Made by a program: the position numbers and the translations under genes
In this document: piece by piece, positions 13,538 to 24,072 of the stretch
Layout of the letters: the number at the start of each line of letters is the position of its first letter
How positions within the stretch are numbered: position 1 is the stretch's first letter
NCBI GenBank assembly: GCA_964106645.2
Contig: OZ067043.1
Origin: Podarcis pityusensis
Taxonomy: Eukaryota
Direction: 5' to 3' (one strand)
DNA length: 64,000 bases
Notes under the pieces: generated by a model
What the model was told of the DNA's origin: nothing
Databases searched by the model: none
Seen by the model: the letters and a program-made list of their open reading frames with translations, nothing else

Positions 13538-16500
13538 TATTTATACATACTTACATACCCTGCCCAATTATAGCCCCACATAGAGCACATTGTAGTAATG
13601 AGTTTTGAGGCTACTAGGCTATCCCTGTCCAAGAACAGCCATAGTTGATAACCATAACTTGTAAAAGGCACTCCTAGTCACTGAGTCTACCTGAGCCTAA
13701 AGTGACAGAGAACCCCTGAATTATGAACCTGTTCTTTCAGAGAGAGTACATATAATCGTGTCCAGAATAGGCAGGATATACAGGACACATTTCGCATAAC
13801 CAGTCTTGAATTGCTTGTGAAATTTTCATATGACCTCTTTCTTTTATTGCTTCTTGTCTGATAGCTTATGCAATACACAGTGACAAATTTTCTTAGAGGA
13901 ATGGTTGGTACTCTTTAGAGCATTAAGGGGTGTGTGAGAGAAATTTGCATTCCAAATATTATATTGAAATGTTCTCTGCAATATTTTTCTTTAGATTTAC
14001 AGACACGACTTTCACAGCAGAGTGAAGGTGAGACTGATTTTGAATAGAGTTGTGTATTGCTAGAAAGACAGGCATTTACAATTCCACCTGCCTGAGAGCA
14101 AGGACAAGTGCTCCTTACTACTTGCGAGAGGAACTCTCAGAAGCTTTAGACAGTTCCGAACAGTTTGGATAAGAAAAGATACAGCATGAATTTATCCTGT
14201 TTCTTTCCCTGTCCAAGCCTTGGACACAGGAGAAAACTTCCACTGCATTCAGCCTATCATACTTGGCTACAGAACTTGGTAGCAAGGAGAAATGTATGCT
14301 CACCTAGTTAAGATAAGGTCATATTAGTGGATCCAGTATGAAGATGACATTTGAGCTGTTGTCTTTTGTTAAAGTAAATAATAAAGCACTCGGTCAGATA
14401 GAAAAGGTTTATTTCTATTTTCCAGTTCCTCTTCTAAAAGAATATCATTTTTCACCAATTCTGGTGTGGACGTGCTGACACTCAAAAACCTATACATACA
14501 CTATTGGGATTTTGGGTGTAGTCTTATTGTTCTCAGGCAGTCCACTCAGTTGTACTCTACTTGCTCCAGGGCCATTTCTGAGTTGGATCTTAATTTTGTA
14601 AAGCATAGGCTCTTTTGATCTAAGGATATTTATGCAAACTTATTTGTCTGGTGCAAGATGAAGGAAGCAATAAACAGTTGACAGTCTCCCTAGTTAAAGG
14701 AGCCATATGTTGTTTTATTGGAGCCCCTTTGACACCCCCCCCCCGCGGGCATTATTTATGACTTTAGTAAAGCAAAATGTATGTGCAATATTCAAATAAC
14801 AAGCCCTGCCAATGGAAGCCTTTGCAAGAACTTAACCTTCTCCTAAATTGGTTGAGGGGCAGGGAACACCCTGGAAACAGTGCACAGGGGGAGAAAAAGA
14901 GAGATCATTGCATCAGAAATTCCAACAGAGCAATCTGCTTAGCACAATGTTGAATTCCTCCCTATATGTTTCAGACAGTATCTTGTCCTCAGAAATGGGG
15001 ATGGGAGTAGGCCTATTGAAGTTAATAAGGCATGTTAAAATTAGGTTCATTAACTTTGGCACCTCTGCTCTAAGTAGGACTTAGTTTATTACAACCCGTG
15101 AATTCAGATCGCTGTTCAAGTTACTTGGTGCTTCTTGACAGGGACATAATGCAGTCAGTTTACTTGTTAGCACAGTGCTCAACAAATTGAATGCAAAATA
15201 TATCTATTGACCTCCTTGCCCATATTAAAGCCTTTGAACTAGAACTCCAGTTTTTAAAAATTTGAATGTAAAAGACTGCTTATTAGGAACTGTATTCTTG
15301 CAACAGAATCATATTTTGTAAACCTTGTTTTTCTATTTTGTAACGTCGTATTATGATAAATTTTCAATAGAGTTTGCCCTGATACTTTTAAAGTCTTAGT
15401 TGTAATCTGAGGGTGGAATTCGGCATTGTGATATTACAAATATTCTGCCTGTGCAAGTGTATCAGCTTGCCAGGGGGACCAATCTGCCTCCGCTGGCATG
15501 CCTCTCACAGCCAATTGCGGGGGAGGGAAAGAAATAAAGAAAGTCTGTTACGCACAGGGCTTCTGCTGACAGGGCTTTTAGGTGTATCCCACCCTGAATT
15601 TTGTGCTTCTTAAAATAAGGAGAAACTTACTCTACACTTTCCTCTCCAGTGTTGGCTGCAGCTGCTTCTGTACAACCACTTGCAACACAGTGCTTCCAGC
15701 TCTCCAATATGTTTAATCCTCAAACGTAAGTTAATCTCTCTCTCTCTCTCTCTCTCTTTGTAAAATCTGTTTTATTTCTCCATTTTCAGTATACATATGA
15801 AGAATAATTAATTAATTTGTGTATTGTCTTACTCTTCAGTGAAGAAGATGCTGGCTGGGATACAGAAATTAAGGATGATGTGATTGAGGAGTGTAACAAA
15901 CATGGAGGCGTTGTCCATATTTATGTAGACAAAAATTCAGCTCAGGTATGTTGATTAAATCAGTACCCAAAGGTGGTAACTTCTATCTGTTCCTATACTT
16001 CTACAAGATGTGGCTATACACCACTGTACTACTAACAGTATGGTCAAGTACTTGGGGAGCATTTTATGTTCTACAAACAGACCAGACTAAAGTATTCTCT
16101 GTGTGATGCCAGAAAACTCTGTTACTCAGTTGTCAGTGAACAAAATGTCTATACAGTGGTACCTCAGATTTTGTACTTAATTCGTTCCAGAGGTCCAGAG
16201 CACGATTTCTGTTCTCATCCTGAAGCAAAGTTCTTAACCCGAGGTACTATTTCTGGGTTAGCGGAGTCTGTAACCTGAAGCGTATGTAACCTGAAGCATA
16301 TGTAACCCGAGGTACCACTGTACAGACATTGATTCAATTACTGTTTACATCATTGCAAGGTTAAAATACATGCTTATGAATCCTGAATCACTGGCTGCAA
16401 AGAATATAGGTTCAGTAAGTACTGCATGGACACAGTAATTCAGTTTTACTAGCAAACCGGAGGTTAGACTAACCCCTTTCCAACCCTGGGAGGAGCGTGA

Positions 16501-18670
16501 GGAGTGTTCATGTGACACACCACACCACAGCTGACACACTAACATGTCATGACACAGTTTGGAAAGCGCTGCCATAGACCATCTCAGTTAAAGGAAAAAA
16601 GATGACACTTTGAAACCTAAATGAGATTTGCATGCACCTAAAACTTTGATGGGGAACCTGTAGTACTCCAGATGTTGTTGAACTCCCAACCTACCTCAGC
16701 CAACATGGCTAGTGGTCAGAGATGATGGGAATTGTAGTCCAGAAACAACTGAAATACCACAGATTCCCCATCTCTGCCCTACAAAATCATGTAGGAGTGC
16801 TCCTTAATCTAGTTCTGCTTTCAGATGCACAGGTGGCTATGTGCTCACCTTTGACTGATATGCCAGATACAACCATTCCTGATGAAACTGGACCATGCCA
16901 CAGTCTTTCAAGCCTTCGTTACCTCATGCCTTTTGTGGCACTGCCCTTTAAAAGCTTTTGGAAACTTCAGTTGGTACAAAATGCTACCATCAGACCTTTG
17001 TATCAGGTTAAACATTCAGAACAAATTGCTTTTCTTTTTTCTTTTTTTCTTTTTATTACTTGCATGATGTACTTTAGCATAAGCTGCCTTGAATTAACTT
17101 TGTGGAGTAAAGGCAGGATATAAGTATATTAAATTCATTTGATGGATTAAAATATTTATTCACATTTAATCTGTAGTTTTGTTCCAGCAACTTGAATTTT
17201 TGATTTCTGTTGATCTGCAAGTGAACGGTTCTGTTAAATGCAGTAAATGTTGTTTGTATTTCAGGGTAATGTGTATGTCAAATGCCCTTCAATAGCTGCA
17301 GCAATTGCAGCTGTCAATGCATTACATGGAAGGTGGTTTGCAGGTATGTGAACTGAAGTTGTTTATTACTATTATTAGAATTAGAATTTATATACCGTCC
17401 TATTACCCTCAGGTAATATTTGCCTTGTTGCTGTCTAACAGGTAATAGGTATAGATAAGCAGCTGGGACTTTGAGAAATAAATAGTTAGGGGAGTTGTTT
17501 CTTAGAACACCACCTATAAAACTAGGTAATCACAAGTACTTGGGGGAAGTGGTATCAGTTTGCAGGCTTCCACTGAGAACGACAGCATCTCTACCATACT
17601 TCTTGCAAATTTATCTTCAGAGCTAGTAAGCCAGTGGCCTTAGAACACATGCTGATTTGGGCTGCTTAAATAAGTTCTAATACTTTTAATTGTCTAGATT
17701 GATGATTTGCAGTTGAACTCAGATGGGATTGATGTTTTTGGGAAGAAGGTTATTTCTTCCCACTTGGGCAATTGCTGGGTGAGATATATAACCCTTCCAC
17801 CTGTTTTCAGTTTGCCATCCCTTACCCAGGATACTTTCCCAACAATTATATTACAAGAGTATCAACAGTTCCATTTAAGTTTAGTGTAGCCTTTGATGCC
17901 CCATCCTTCTTTGCCAGACAGACTTGTGTACGTTACAGCAGTGGTTTTCAACCAGTGTGCTGTGTCACCCTGGGGTGCCTTGAATGATGGTCAGGGGTGC
18001 CACGGGCAACACTGGCCCCTGTCCGTCTTTCTTTCCCTCCCCCTTCTGATGCCTTCTTGCGTCTCTGCCTCTCAAAAGGCTTGCACAGCTGTTAGTTGCA
18101 GCAGACCCGACTACAAGCTCCCCGGTTTCTCTGGGGCTGACCAGGGGGTGCTTCCCAGGCCCCTGTAAGGCAGTGTAAGGAGGCACCTTTCCCTGCAGCA
18201 CCTGACCATCATTCAAGGCCCCCCCGGGTGCCACGGCACACTGGTTGAAAACCCCTGCCTTACTCAGTGATATTTTACTGTTAACTTACTGTAACCTTAA
18301 TATTTTTTTCATTGGACTGATTAACAAGTTCTAATTCTGGAAAGTATTGCTTTTGTTGGACAGATGATTTTTATGGTTTTTTCTTCTTTTTGTTGTTGAA
18401 AACCTCCCTGAGCATTGCAGATGCATTGTGAGGATAGAAGTTTACTAAAATAGTCCTTGGAGGTCTTGTAATGAACTTCATAGGCATTGCACCTTTCTCA
18501 TTTTGTTCATTCTTGTTTAAAAAGTAAGCAAGAATTTAAAGCAGTTTTTCCCTCTCTTGTTTCTTTTAGGTAAAATGATCACAGCAGCGTACGTACCACT
18601 TCCAACATACCACAACCTTTTCCCTGATTCTATGAATGCAACCCAGCTCTTGGTTCCTGCTCGGCGATGA
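3119..18670 (+). CDS. RBM39: RNA-binding protein 39 (CAPER-alpha), spliced CDS, 5'-partial (14 coding exons in window)
   Basis: Exons 3119-3313, 3975-4040, 4131-4184, 6455-6572, 8934-9086, 9993-10130, 10831-10896, 11893-12097, 12751-12828, 13995-14027, 15650-15725, 15840-15945, 17265-17343, 18570-18670 join in frame with GT-AG introns: RS domain, RRM1 (RTVFCMQLAARIR), RRM2 (RLYVGSLHFNIT), UHM (GNVYVKC...GRWFAGK), ending LLVPARR-TGA. 1468 nt in window; first coding exons lie upstream. Confidence 0.97.
3975..4040 (+). CDS. RBM39: RBM39 exon
   Basis: ctag|T TCT GGT CCA...ATA AG|gtttcc; SGPKFNSAIRGKIGLPHNIKI; 66 nt. Confidence 0.93.
4131..4184 (+). CDS. RBM39: RBM39 exon
   Basis: cacag|T AGA CGA...GTG AG|gtaggc; RRRSRSKSPFRKDKSPV; 54 nt. 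Confidence 0.94.
4578..4915 (-). mobile_element. Sauria SINE (Squam1 type), full length
   Basis: Minus strand starts GGGATACGGGTGGCGCTGTGG (A box), has GGTTCGAATCC (B box) and a BovB-like 3' part; perfect 12-bp TSD GAGCTATAAGTA at 4566-4577 and 4916-4927. Confidence 0.92.
6455..6572 (+). CDS. RBM39: RBM39 exon (RRM1 start)
   Basis: EPIDNLTPEERDARTVFCMQLAARIRPRDLEEFFSTVGK|gtgagg; 118 nt. Confidence 0.97.
6787..7649. mobile_element. Non-autonomous hAT DNA transposon with internal inverted/tandem repeats
   Basis: TIRs CAGGCACGACCAA / TTGGACATGTCTG; 8-bp TSD ACATAGAC / ACATACAC. Confidence 0.8.
7996..8603. mobile_element. Second, rearranged fragment(s) of the same hAT family, containing a (CT)n microsatellite
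   Basis: CAGGCATGTCCAAC terminus at 7996; inverted motif CTGAGAAGCCAGCTT (8232-8246) / AAGCTGGCTTCCTCAG (8588-8603), also seen near 6976. Confidence 0.5.
8249..8298. repeat. (CT)n microsatellite
   Basis: About 25 CT units. Confidence 0.95.
8934..9086 (+). CDS. RBM39: RBM39 exon (RRM1)
   Basis: VRDVRMISDRNSRRSKGIAYVEFVDVSSVPLAIGLTGQRVLGVPIIVQASQ|gtaagt; 153 nt. Confidence 0.97.
9155..9218 (+). mobile_element. CR1-type 3' end fragment
   Basis: GCATTGCAGGGGGTGG...CAACTCTACAATTCTATGA, similar to 55880-55952. Confidence 0.65.
9993..10130 (+). CDS. RBM39: RBM39 exon (RRM2 start)
   Basis: AEKNRAAAMANNLQKGTAGPMRLYVGSLHFNITEDMLRGIFEPFGR|gtaagt; 138 nt. Confidence 0.97.
10831..10896 (+). CDS. RBM39: RBM39 exon (RRM2)
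   Basis: IESIQLMMDSETGRSKGYGFIT|gtaagt; 66 nt. Confidence 0.97.
11293..11496. mobile_element. Tc1/mariner (pogo/Tigger-like) MITE
   Basis: TA|CAGTCATATCATGG ... CCAAGGTACGACTG|TA inverted termini with TA TSD. Confidence 0.8.
11893..12097 (+). CDS. RBM39: RBM39 exon (RRM2 end/linker)
   Basis: FSDSECAKKALEQLNGFELAGRPMKVGHVTERTDASS...LQLMARLAE G|gtaagt; 205 nt. Confidence 0.97.
12751..12828 (+). CDS. RBM39: RBM39 exon (linker)
   Basis: (G)TGLQIPPAAQQALQMSGSLAFSAVA|gtaaaa; 78 nt. Confidence 0.96.
12949..13720 (-). mobile_element. Degenerate L2-type LINE 3' fragment interrupted by a microsatellite
   Basis: TTTATT-rich tail then AAATGCCTGCTGAAATAGAAAGGTTTTCAGG; similar to 59560-59630; boundaries approximate. 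Confidence 0.5.
13482..13536. repeat. Compound (TAG)n(TAA)n microsatellite
   Basis: Direct observation. Confidence 0.95.
13995..14027 (+). CDS. RBM39: RBM39 exon (33 nt)
   Basis: ttag|AT TTA CAG ACA CGA...GAA G|gtgaga; DLQTRLSQQSE. Confidence 0.93.
15650..15725 (+). CDS. RBM39: RBM39 exon (UHM start)
   Basis: VLAAAASVQPLATQCFQLSNMFNPQ(T)|gtaagt; 76 nt. Confidence 0.95.
15840..15945 (+). CDS. RBM39: RBM39 exon (UHM)
   Basis: EEDAGWDTEIKDDVIEECNKHGGVVHIYVDKNSAQ|gtatgt; 106 nt. Confidence 0.97.
16154..16320. mobile_element. Tc1/mariner (Tigger-like) MITE
   Basis: TA|CAGTGGTACCTC ... GAGGTACCACTG|TA; internal GTAACCTGAAGC repeats. Confidence 0.85.
16648..16777. mobile_element. Palindromic hAT-derived MITE (degenerate)
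   Basis: GATGGGGAACCTGT...ACAGATTCCCCATC; same family as 30996-31133 and 36515-36650. Confidence 0.7.
16785..17010 (+). mobile_element. L2 LINE ORF2 fragment
   Basis: Degenerate GVLL...LPFKSFWKLQLVQNA, typical of the L2 RT C-terminal region. Confidence 0.55.
17265..17343 (+). CDS. RBM39: RBM39 exon (UHM)
   Basis: GNVYVKCPSIAAAIAAVNALHGRWFA G|gtatgt; 79 nt. Confidence 0.97.
17939..18257. mobile_element. hAT MITE with long (~57 bp) TIRs
   Basis: CAGTGGTTTTCAACCAGTGTGC...TGAATGATGGTCAGG mirrored by CCTGACCATCATTCAAGG...GCACACTGGTTGAAAACCCCTG; degenerate 8-bp TSD. Confidence 0.85.
18570..18670 (+). CDS. RBM39: RBM39 last coding exon
   Basis: (G)KMITAAYVPLPTYHNLFPDSMNATQLLVPARR-TGA. Confidence 0.97.
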
Positions 18671-19534
18671 AGATGGATTTAGTCAGTTTTGTACATAGCT
18701 ATTTTTGAAGGAAGACTTGAGTTACCTTTTTAATTAGAAGAAGACAAAAGGAAAGGCTGTAAAGTCCTTTTGTGTACATTTCCTGTTACTTTTAAACGAA
18801 AAACAAAAAATAGAGTAAGCAGGAATGCTGTGTGTTCATTCTCTTGATTAGCATTCCCACTGTATACAAAGCTGACTACTTGTTCTGCCTTGTAATTCTT
18901 GTACATTTAGAACATTTGGCTAAAGTGATCTGTAGGAACAGATGTAGCTTATAGAAAAGATTTTTCTGTAAAAGGTGGACAGGACATAAATTTTAATGTT
19001 TCACAAGCCTTTTCTTTTAATGCAGGTATTACATTTTACATTCACCTAAATGTAGATGCTCTGCTAAAGGTTAATATCAGATTTAACTGGACATATTTAG
19101 TGTGTTTTGTATGGATCAAAAATTTGAGAGGCTACTGAGTGATTTCTTTGGCCAGCTGTTCTGCTCACTTAATGTTGACCAGTTGGCAAAATTTGGAGGA
19201 TTATAGAAGATTTTATTTCTAGATGGTAACTTTTGATTGTCTCTGTAAAAGTTTCTTGTAAATAAGGTGTAAGGTGTGTTTAGAATTCCAAACAAAGCTA
19301 TCTCTGCATTTCCAGATTAAAGTTCCATTGATTGCAGGGAATGTACCTAAGTTTGAAAGTTGAAGTAGGAAATGCAGGAATATATTTTGTCTGGTTGCAT
19401 ATAATCTGCTCTTTTTTAAGCTCTGTGAGCTCTGAAATATATTTTTGGGTTACTTCAATGTGTTTGACAAAACAGCTTGATATTTCTATCAACAAATGAC
19501 TTTCATATTGCAATGATCTTTGTAAGAACCACTC

Positions 19535-19540
19535 AATAAA
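19535..19540 (+). terminator. Likely RBM39 polyadenylation signal
   Basis: AATAAA about 860 nt after the stop, preceded by a TGTA element. Confidence 0.65.
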
Positions 19541-21163
19541 ATTCTCCTAAAGGCCTCCAAAAGCATTATTTTTGAGAACTCAAATTAGGTGTAACCAGAA
19601 AAATGCAAATTGTGAATACTTAAAATGCTGGAAAATCAGCAACAGTTTGAGCTTCTCTTTCCCTCCCTCCCTCTGTTCACCTTAGTGCACTCAGTTTTTC
19701 CTTACACACATCCACCAGAATTTTGTAGTTTAAAAACCAAGCTACATTTGTCACGGTGTAGAGGAGGGGTCCCTAACCACCTTGGGCCTACAGGCACATT
19801 TGGAATTTCAGGAGTGTTTGCATGACCACAGATTGACTGCTGCTGTTACTAAATGTTGGAAGCATACGCAGGTATCATCTTCTCTTGCCCAAATGAGACA
19901 TGGGACAGACGAAGTTCACCAATGGAGGGGGAAAACCTAGTGAGGCCTGCCTGTTAGTTGGAGCAGTGTACTACTCTGCTCATCACAAGTAGTGCAGAAG
20001 CAAGTCCATACCCAGTGTTGTATCATCTCTTACTCCTCACAATGACTTTGATGGCCTTTTCTTCTGGACTACTCTATAATGTCTATGTGGATGGCAAAGG
20101 TTGCCAGTTGGGTACTTATAACTCCCATGTGTCAATTCCAGTGAACACAAAAAAATCGAACTTAGGTTCACCTCTCTGCCTAACAGCCGCTAACAGCCAT
20201 GCAGCTGTTAAAGCTCGAAAGCTTGCAACATAGGATACTATATCACCTAAATAACCTATCTGTAAAGTGTGTGGCCCTTGACAACATTTTTAAACTAAAA
20301 GTTTTGTTAATTTGGTTATATCTTGAGAAGGCTATGCTCAGACAAATTTGAAACTCTAAATGAGAAACTGTAAAAATGAATTATTTTATAAGTGACACCA
20401 TTCAGTTGGGTGGCACCCTATATAACTAACTATGCCTATTAAGTGAAAATAGTTAATCTGGTGAATATGCCGAATCAATTCACAACATACCCAAACAAGT
20501 TCTCATTTTCTTGTGTTATTTAATTATCCCCTTCTCTCAAAGGCGTAAGAGGGCCTGAGCTCCCCTTCTATAATAGTAGTGATCCAATCCTACAGTAGGA
20601 AGTTCTTGTTATCACCAAGTGGAAAGCTATGGACTTCTTTAAACATGCAATGAAAATTACTTTCACTCTCCCAGAATAAGTGCAACTTAAACATGAAACT
20701 CTTATTAGGCTTACACTGCAAACACTTGGTACCAACTTCTTTTGATTATCCATGCAATGATTCAAATTAATCCTGTCACATACACGCTTTCGTCCAATTT
20801 TATTCCACCTCCATAAACTTGGGATTTTTGCAAAAATTCAAGCCTCCCTGGTTTGGCTTACAAAATCACGGACAGAAGATTCCTTTGATAAACAATGACT
20901 GATCTTGTAATAAACTAATCATACCCACGCAGGAAACACTTGATACCAATTAAAAAGCATCTTCTAATAGGTATGATTCCTATAATTGATCATTTATTTG
21001 AGGTCACATCCATAGAGATTCACTGTATACAGAGATTCCATTACTTCTAAATCTCCACTGCCTTTGCCACTTTTGTTACGGAGAAAAAGATTTACAAACT
21101 CTTGCCAAAGCAATAAAGGCCGAAACTTATTTTGATGGATTATTCAATCCTGGTGCAGAGATT

Positions 21164-21169
21164 TTTATT
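21164..21169 (-). terminator. Likely ROMO1 polyadenylation signal
   Basis: AATAAA on the minus strand about 60 nt after the stop; a second at 20993-20998. Confidence 0.6.
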
Positions 21170-21230
21170 CTACTACATAGCAGAACTTCCAACTTGCAGG
21201 GGCATTGGTCTTCGTGATAGAAAAGTAACA

Positions 21231-21339
21231 TTAACAGCGGATTCCCATGCCAATTGCCATAAATGTCCCAAAAGTTCCACCACTCTGCATCATGGTTTTG
21301 CCAACACCACCCATCAGTTCTCGCCCTCTCATGCCAAAC
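21231..21339 (-). CDS. ROMO1: ROMO1 last coding exon
   Basis: ttttag|G TTT GGC ATG...CGC TGT TAA on the minus strand. Confidence 0.96.
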
Positions 21340-22280
21340 CTAAAAGAGAAGAAACAATGACAGAGGTGGTTACTTCCCACAATAATCACAGGAAAATAAT
21401 TTTGTATCTGATTACTGGGAAATGCAATCAATGTAAAAAAACTTCACTAATTTTGAGTGGGTACTTTGGAGTGACCTATACAGCAAATTAGCTCATAGTA
21501 ACCACTGGGTGGTCTGCCAGCCAGTGCAACTTAACAAACAGAAGCACTTCCCATAAACTAAACTCTAATTCAAAGAGAAGAGGTTAATGATAGGTCATTT
21601 GAAAACACACATCTTTTAAGATTTCGTATTAATCCCAAACCCCATCCTTTACTTTGCTAGTACATATACACCAACACAGTTTAAGAGTACAAAGTTTTAG
21701 TACTAATTATTCTCCAGCTGAAGTAATTTCTACTATAGATTTTATCTAAAGCTTTATACTCATGAATGTGTCTTGCTCTCAGAAATGTACAGGATTGCAG
21801 TCATGGTCTGTTATCTGGCAACAATCCGCAGAATAGATGGGGAAGTAAGCATAAAAGATTGTTAAGTACAGGTGGTGGCCGTTTGGGGCACGTCCAATTA
21901 ACATGCAATCGCTGACACATGGGTCCTTATGGACTTGAAAGAGTGCAGACCATGGCCATAATGAGGGTGGGACACACTTATATCTGCATCTCTGACTCAT
22001 GCTGGGCTGGAAACTGAATCCCTGCTCAAAATGGTTACCCCTTGTGATATGATCATATTGCATTATTTTGCTCTGTTCCTAAGCCAGGAAAGGTAACGAA
22101 GAAGATTCTTCTTAGGATTTATGTTGCATTCAACTACATTCCAACATACCTGAGACAAGAAAATGTGCCGAACAGTGCACCTGCTGCCATACCAACAGCA
22201 AAGCCCATCATGAAGCCCATTTTCACTCTGTCAAAGCAACTGGGTTGGGATTGGCCATATGGCCCCACTGTCACAGGCAT
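21231..22280 (-). CDS. ROMO1: Reactive oxygen species modulator 1 (Mgr2/TIM23-associated), 79 aa, two coding exons
   Basis: Exons 22280-22150 (131 nt) and 21339-21231 (109 nt) give [82 protein letters not shown]; GT-AG intron. Confidence 0.97.
22150..22280 (-). CDS. ROMO1: ROMO1 first coding exon
   Basis: tttttag|ATG CCT GTG...CTC AG|gtatgt on the minus strand. Confidence 0.96.
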
Positions 22281-23812
22281 CTAAAAATATAAAAAAATAC
22301 TTAAAGAATATCTACCGCTTCCATGCAGAAGATAATCCACATCACCAGTGTGGATGGACCACTCCAAATATCAAAGTGTGATCAATGTACATGACTGTTA
22401 TGAATAACAAAGGTGAAAAGTCCCTGCACCAAGAAATTTTCAACAGTAGCACCATAAGAATTCATAATTTGATTTGCTTCATCCAAAATAAAACTTGCTA
22501 CAAATGTCTCTTTTTATGGAAGTTGTAGTTATGGGGGAATGTGGTTCTATTTAGACAACAAAGATTTTCTCAAAATGCCCCAGGTAGGCAAATGAGTTAA
22601 ACATGCAGTAATCACTACCTGTGTGAAGATACGGTAATTAGTTTCCTGCACTAAACCTAGTACTGTATTATTCTGTCACATTTTCTTTGGGATTGCCAAT
22701 CAACTGTGTGATAGAAATGTACAAATGATGAATGCGAGTCAGTTAAGGACTAGGCTGAAAAGCACTTTGAACTCAACATTATTAATTTTTTTAAAAAAGT
22801 TTTAATTTCATTTTGCAAAATTTAACTGTTACAAATCAACTTCATTGAATGAACAGCAACTTAGAAATGAACTATAAACTTTGAGATTTTAAGCTATTTC
22901 CATTTACTACCCTGTCTGGTCTCTTAAGAAATACTTAGACAAAGTTCTACTTTGCAACTGTTTAAATTATTAAATGTTTAAATTAAGGAGCAATACTTTC
23001 CCACCATGTAACACTTGTACAGTAGTAGTTTAGCAAGCAGAAGTTCAAACACACAAGTTGCCAAACAATCCCAAACCAAAAGGGCCTGACAACAGGGCAA
23101 ATATATTGTTAACATTAGCTTGAAGGATCTATATCCCCACTGAATCTTCCAGGGAGTTCAGCTGCCTTAGCCATTATTTGTAATGTGGTGCAATCTAGAC
23201 CTTGAACTCGCAGACGCTTACGTAATGCTTTTTATATTTAAAAAACAACACACCAAAAAGCCAGCAGCATAGCCATTCTAATTTAAAGATTAAAATCCCT
23301 ATATTCTTGCTTATCTCTTGTGCGAGTATCAGCAATTTCCTCCAATATGGAGAAACGGACCAGTTTCTGGAAACACTGCCGCTTTTAAAGGGATACAGAG
23401 ACGAAAAGAGGAATAATTCACAAAAGACTGACAGATCTTTGTTGGGGATGTGCGGGGGAGGGGGCGCAATAAAATGGGCTCCAGAATAACACCCGCGACT
23501 TTATAATTTTTAGGTTACGTGGCAACGAACACCGAGGTCTTTAAATATCGTGCGTTTAAGGGCGCGTTATCTTTCTGTCCCACTTGCTTATTGAGTTTCT
23601 CAGTTTCGCTGAAACCACCAAGGCCAACGACGCGGGGAAAGGCTCGGGAGACGAGAACGACGCAAACGGCGGCATCGCTATGGCAACCGAAAGAGACCCC
23701 ACCCCACCCCCACCCGGATACCCAACGTCAGAAAGCCCCCCCTGGACCACCTCGCTCTCTGGGCCCGCCTGCAAACAGCCTTTTCCCTGCTTCTTCCCTC
23801 GTCCCCCCTCAC

Positions 23813-23875
23813 CTCGACCACTCCGCGCTTCGTTCCACCCGAGTTTCCCTCAGCGCGGCCTGCGCTTCCGTCGCA
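23813..23875 (-). other. ROMO1: ROMO1 non-coding exon 1 (5' end approximate)
   Basis: Minus-strand donor CGAG|GTGAGG at 23813/23812 inside the CpG island; the coding exon begins at ATG directly after an AG, so an upstream exon is required. Confidence 0.7.
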
Positions 23876-23981
23876 CTCCGATGACGTCGCAGGAAACGGC
23901 TCTCCCGGGGGGAGGCGAAGAGGCGAGCGTCGTTGTTGTGGGTGCCTGTCGGCTGGGCGAAGGACGGGAGGCGGAGTGACG

Positions 23982-24072
23982 ATGATGGCGGTGCGGCCGG
24001 CGACATGGCGGGCTCTGAGGGGACTGCTAGCCGGCCAAAGGAGGCGGCTTTCAGGGGCTCCGCAGCAGCAAG
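23982..24072 (+). CDS. NFS1: NFS1 exon 1 (mitochondrial presequence)
   Basis: [31 protein letters not shown]|gtaacg; Arg-rich with no acidic residues; phase matches exon 2; start could be the second ATG (23985). Confidence 0.82.
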
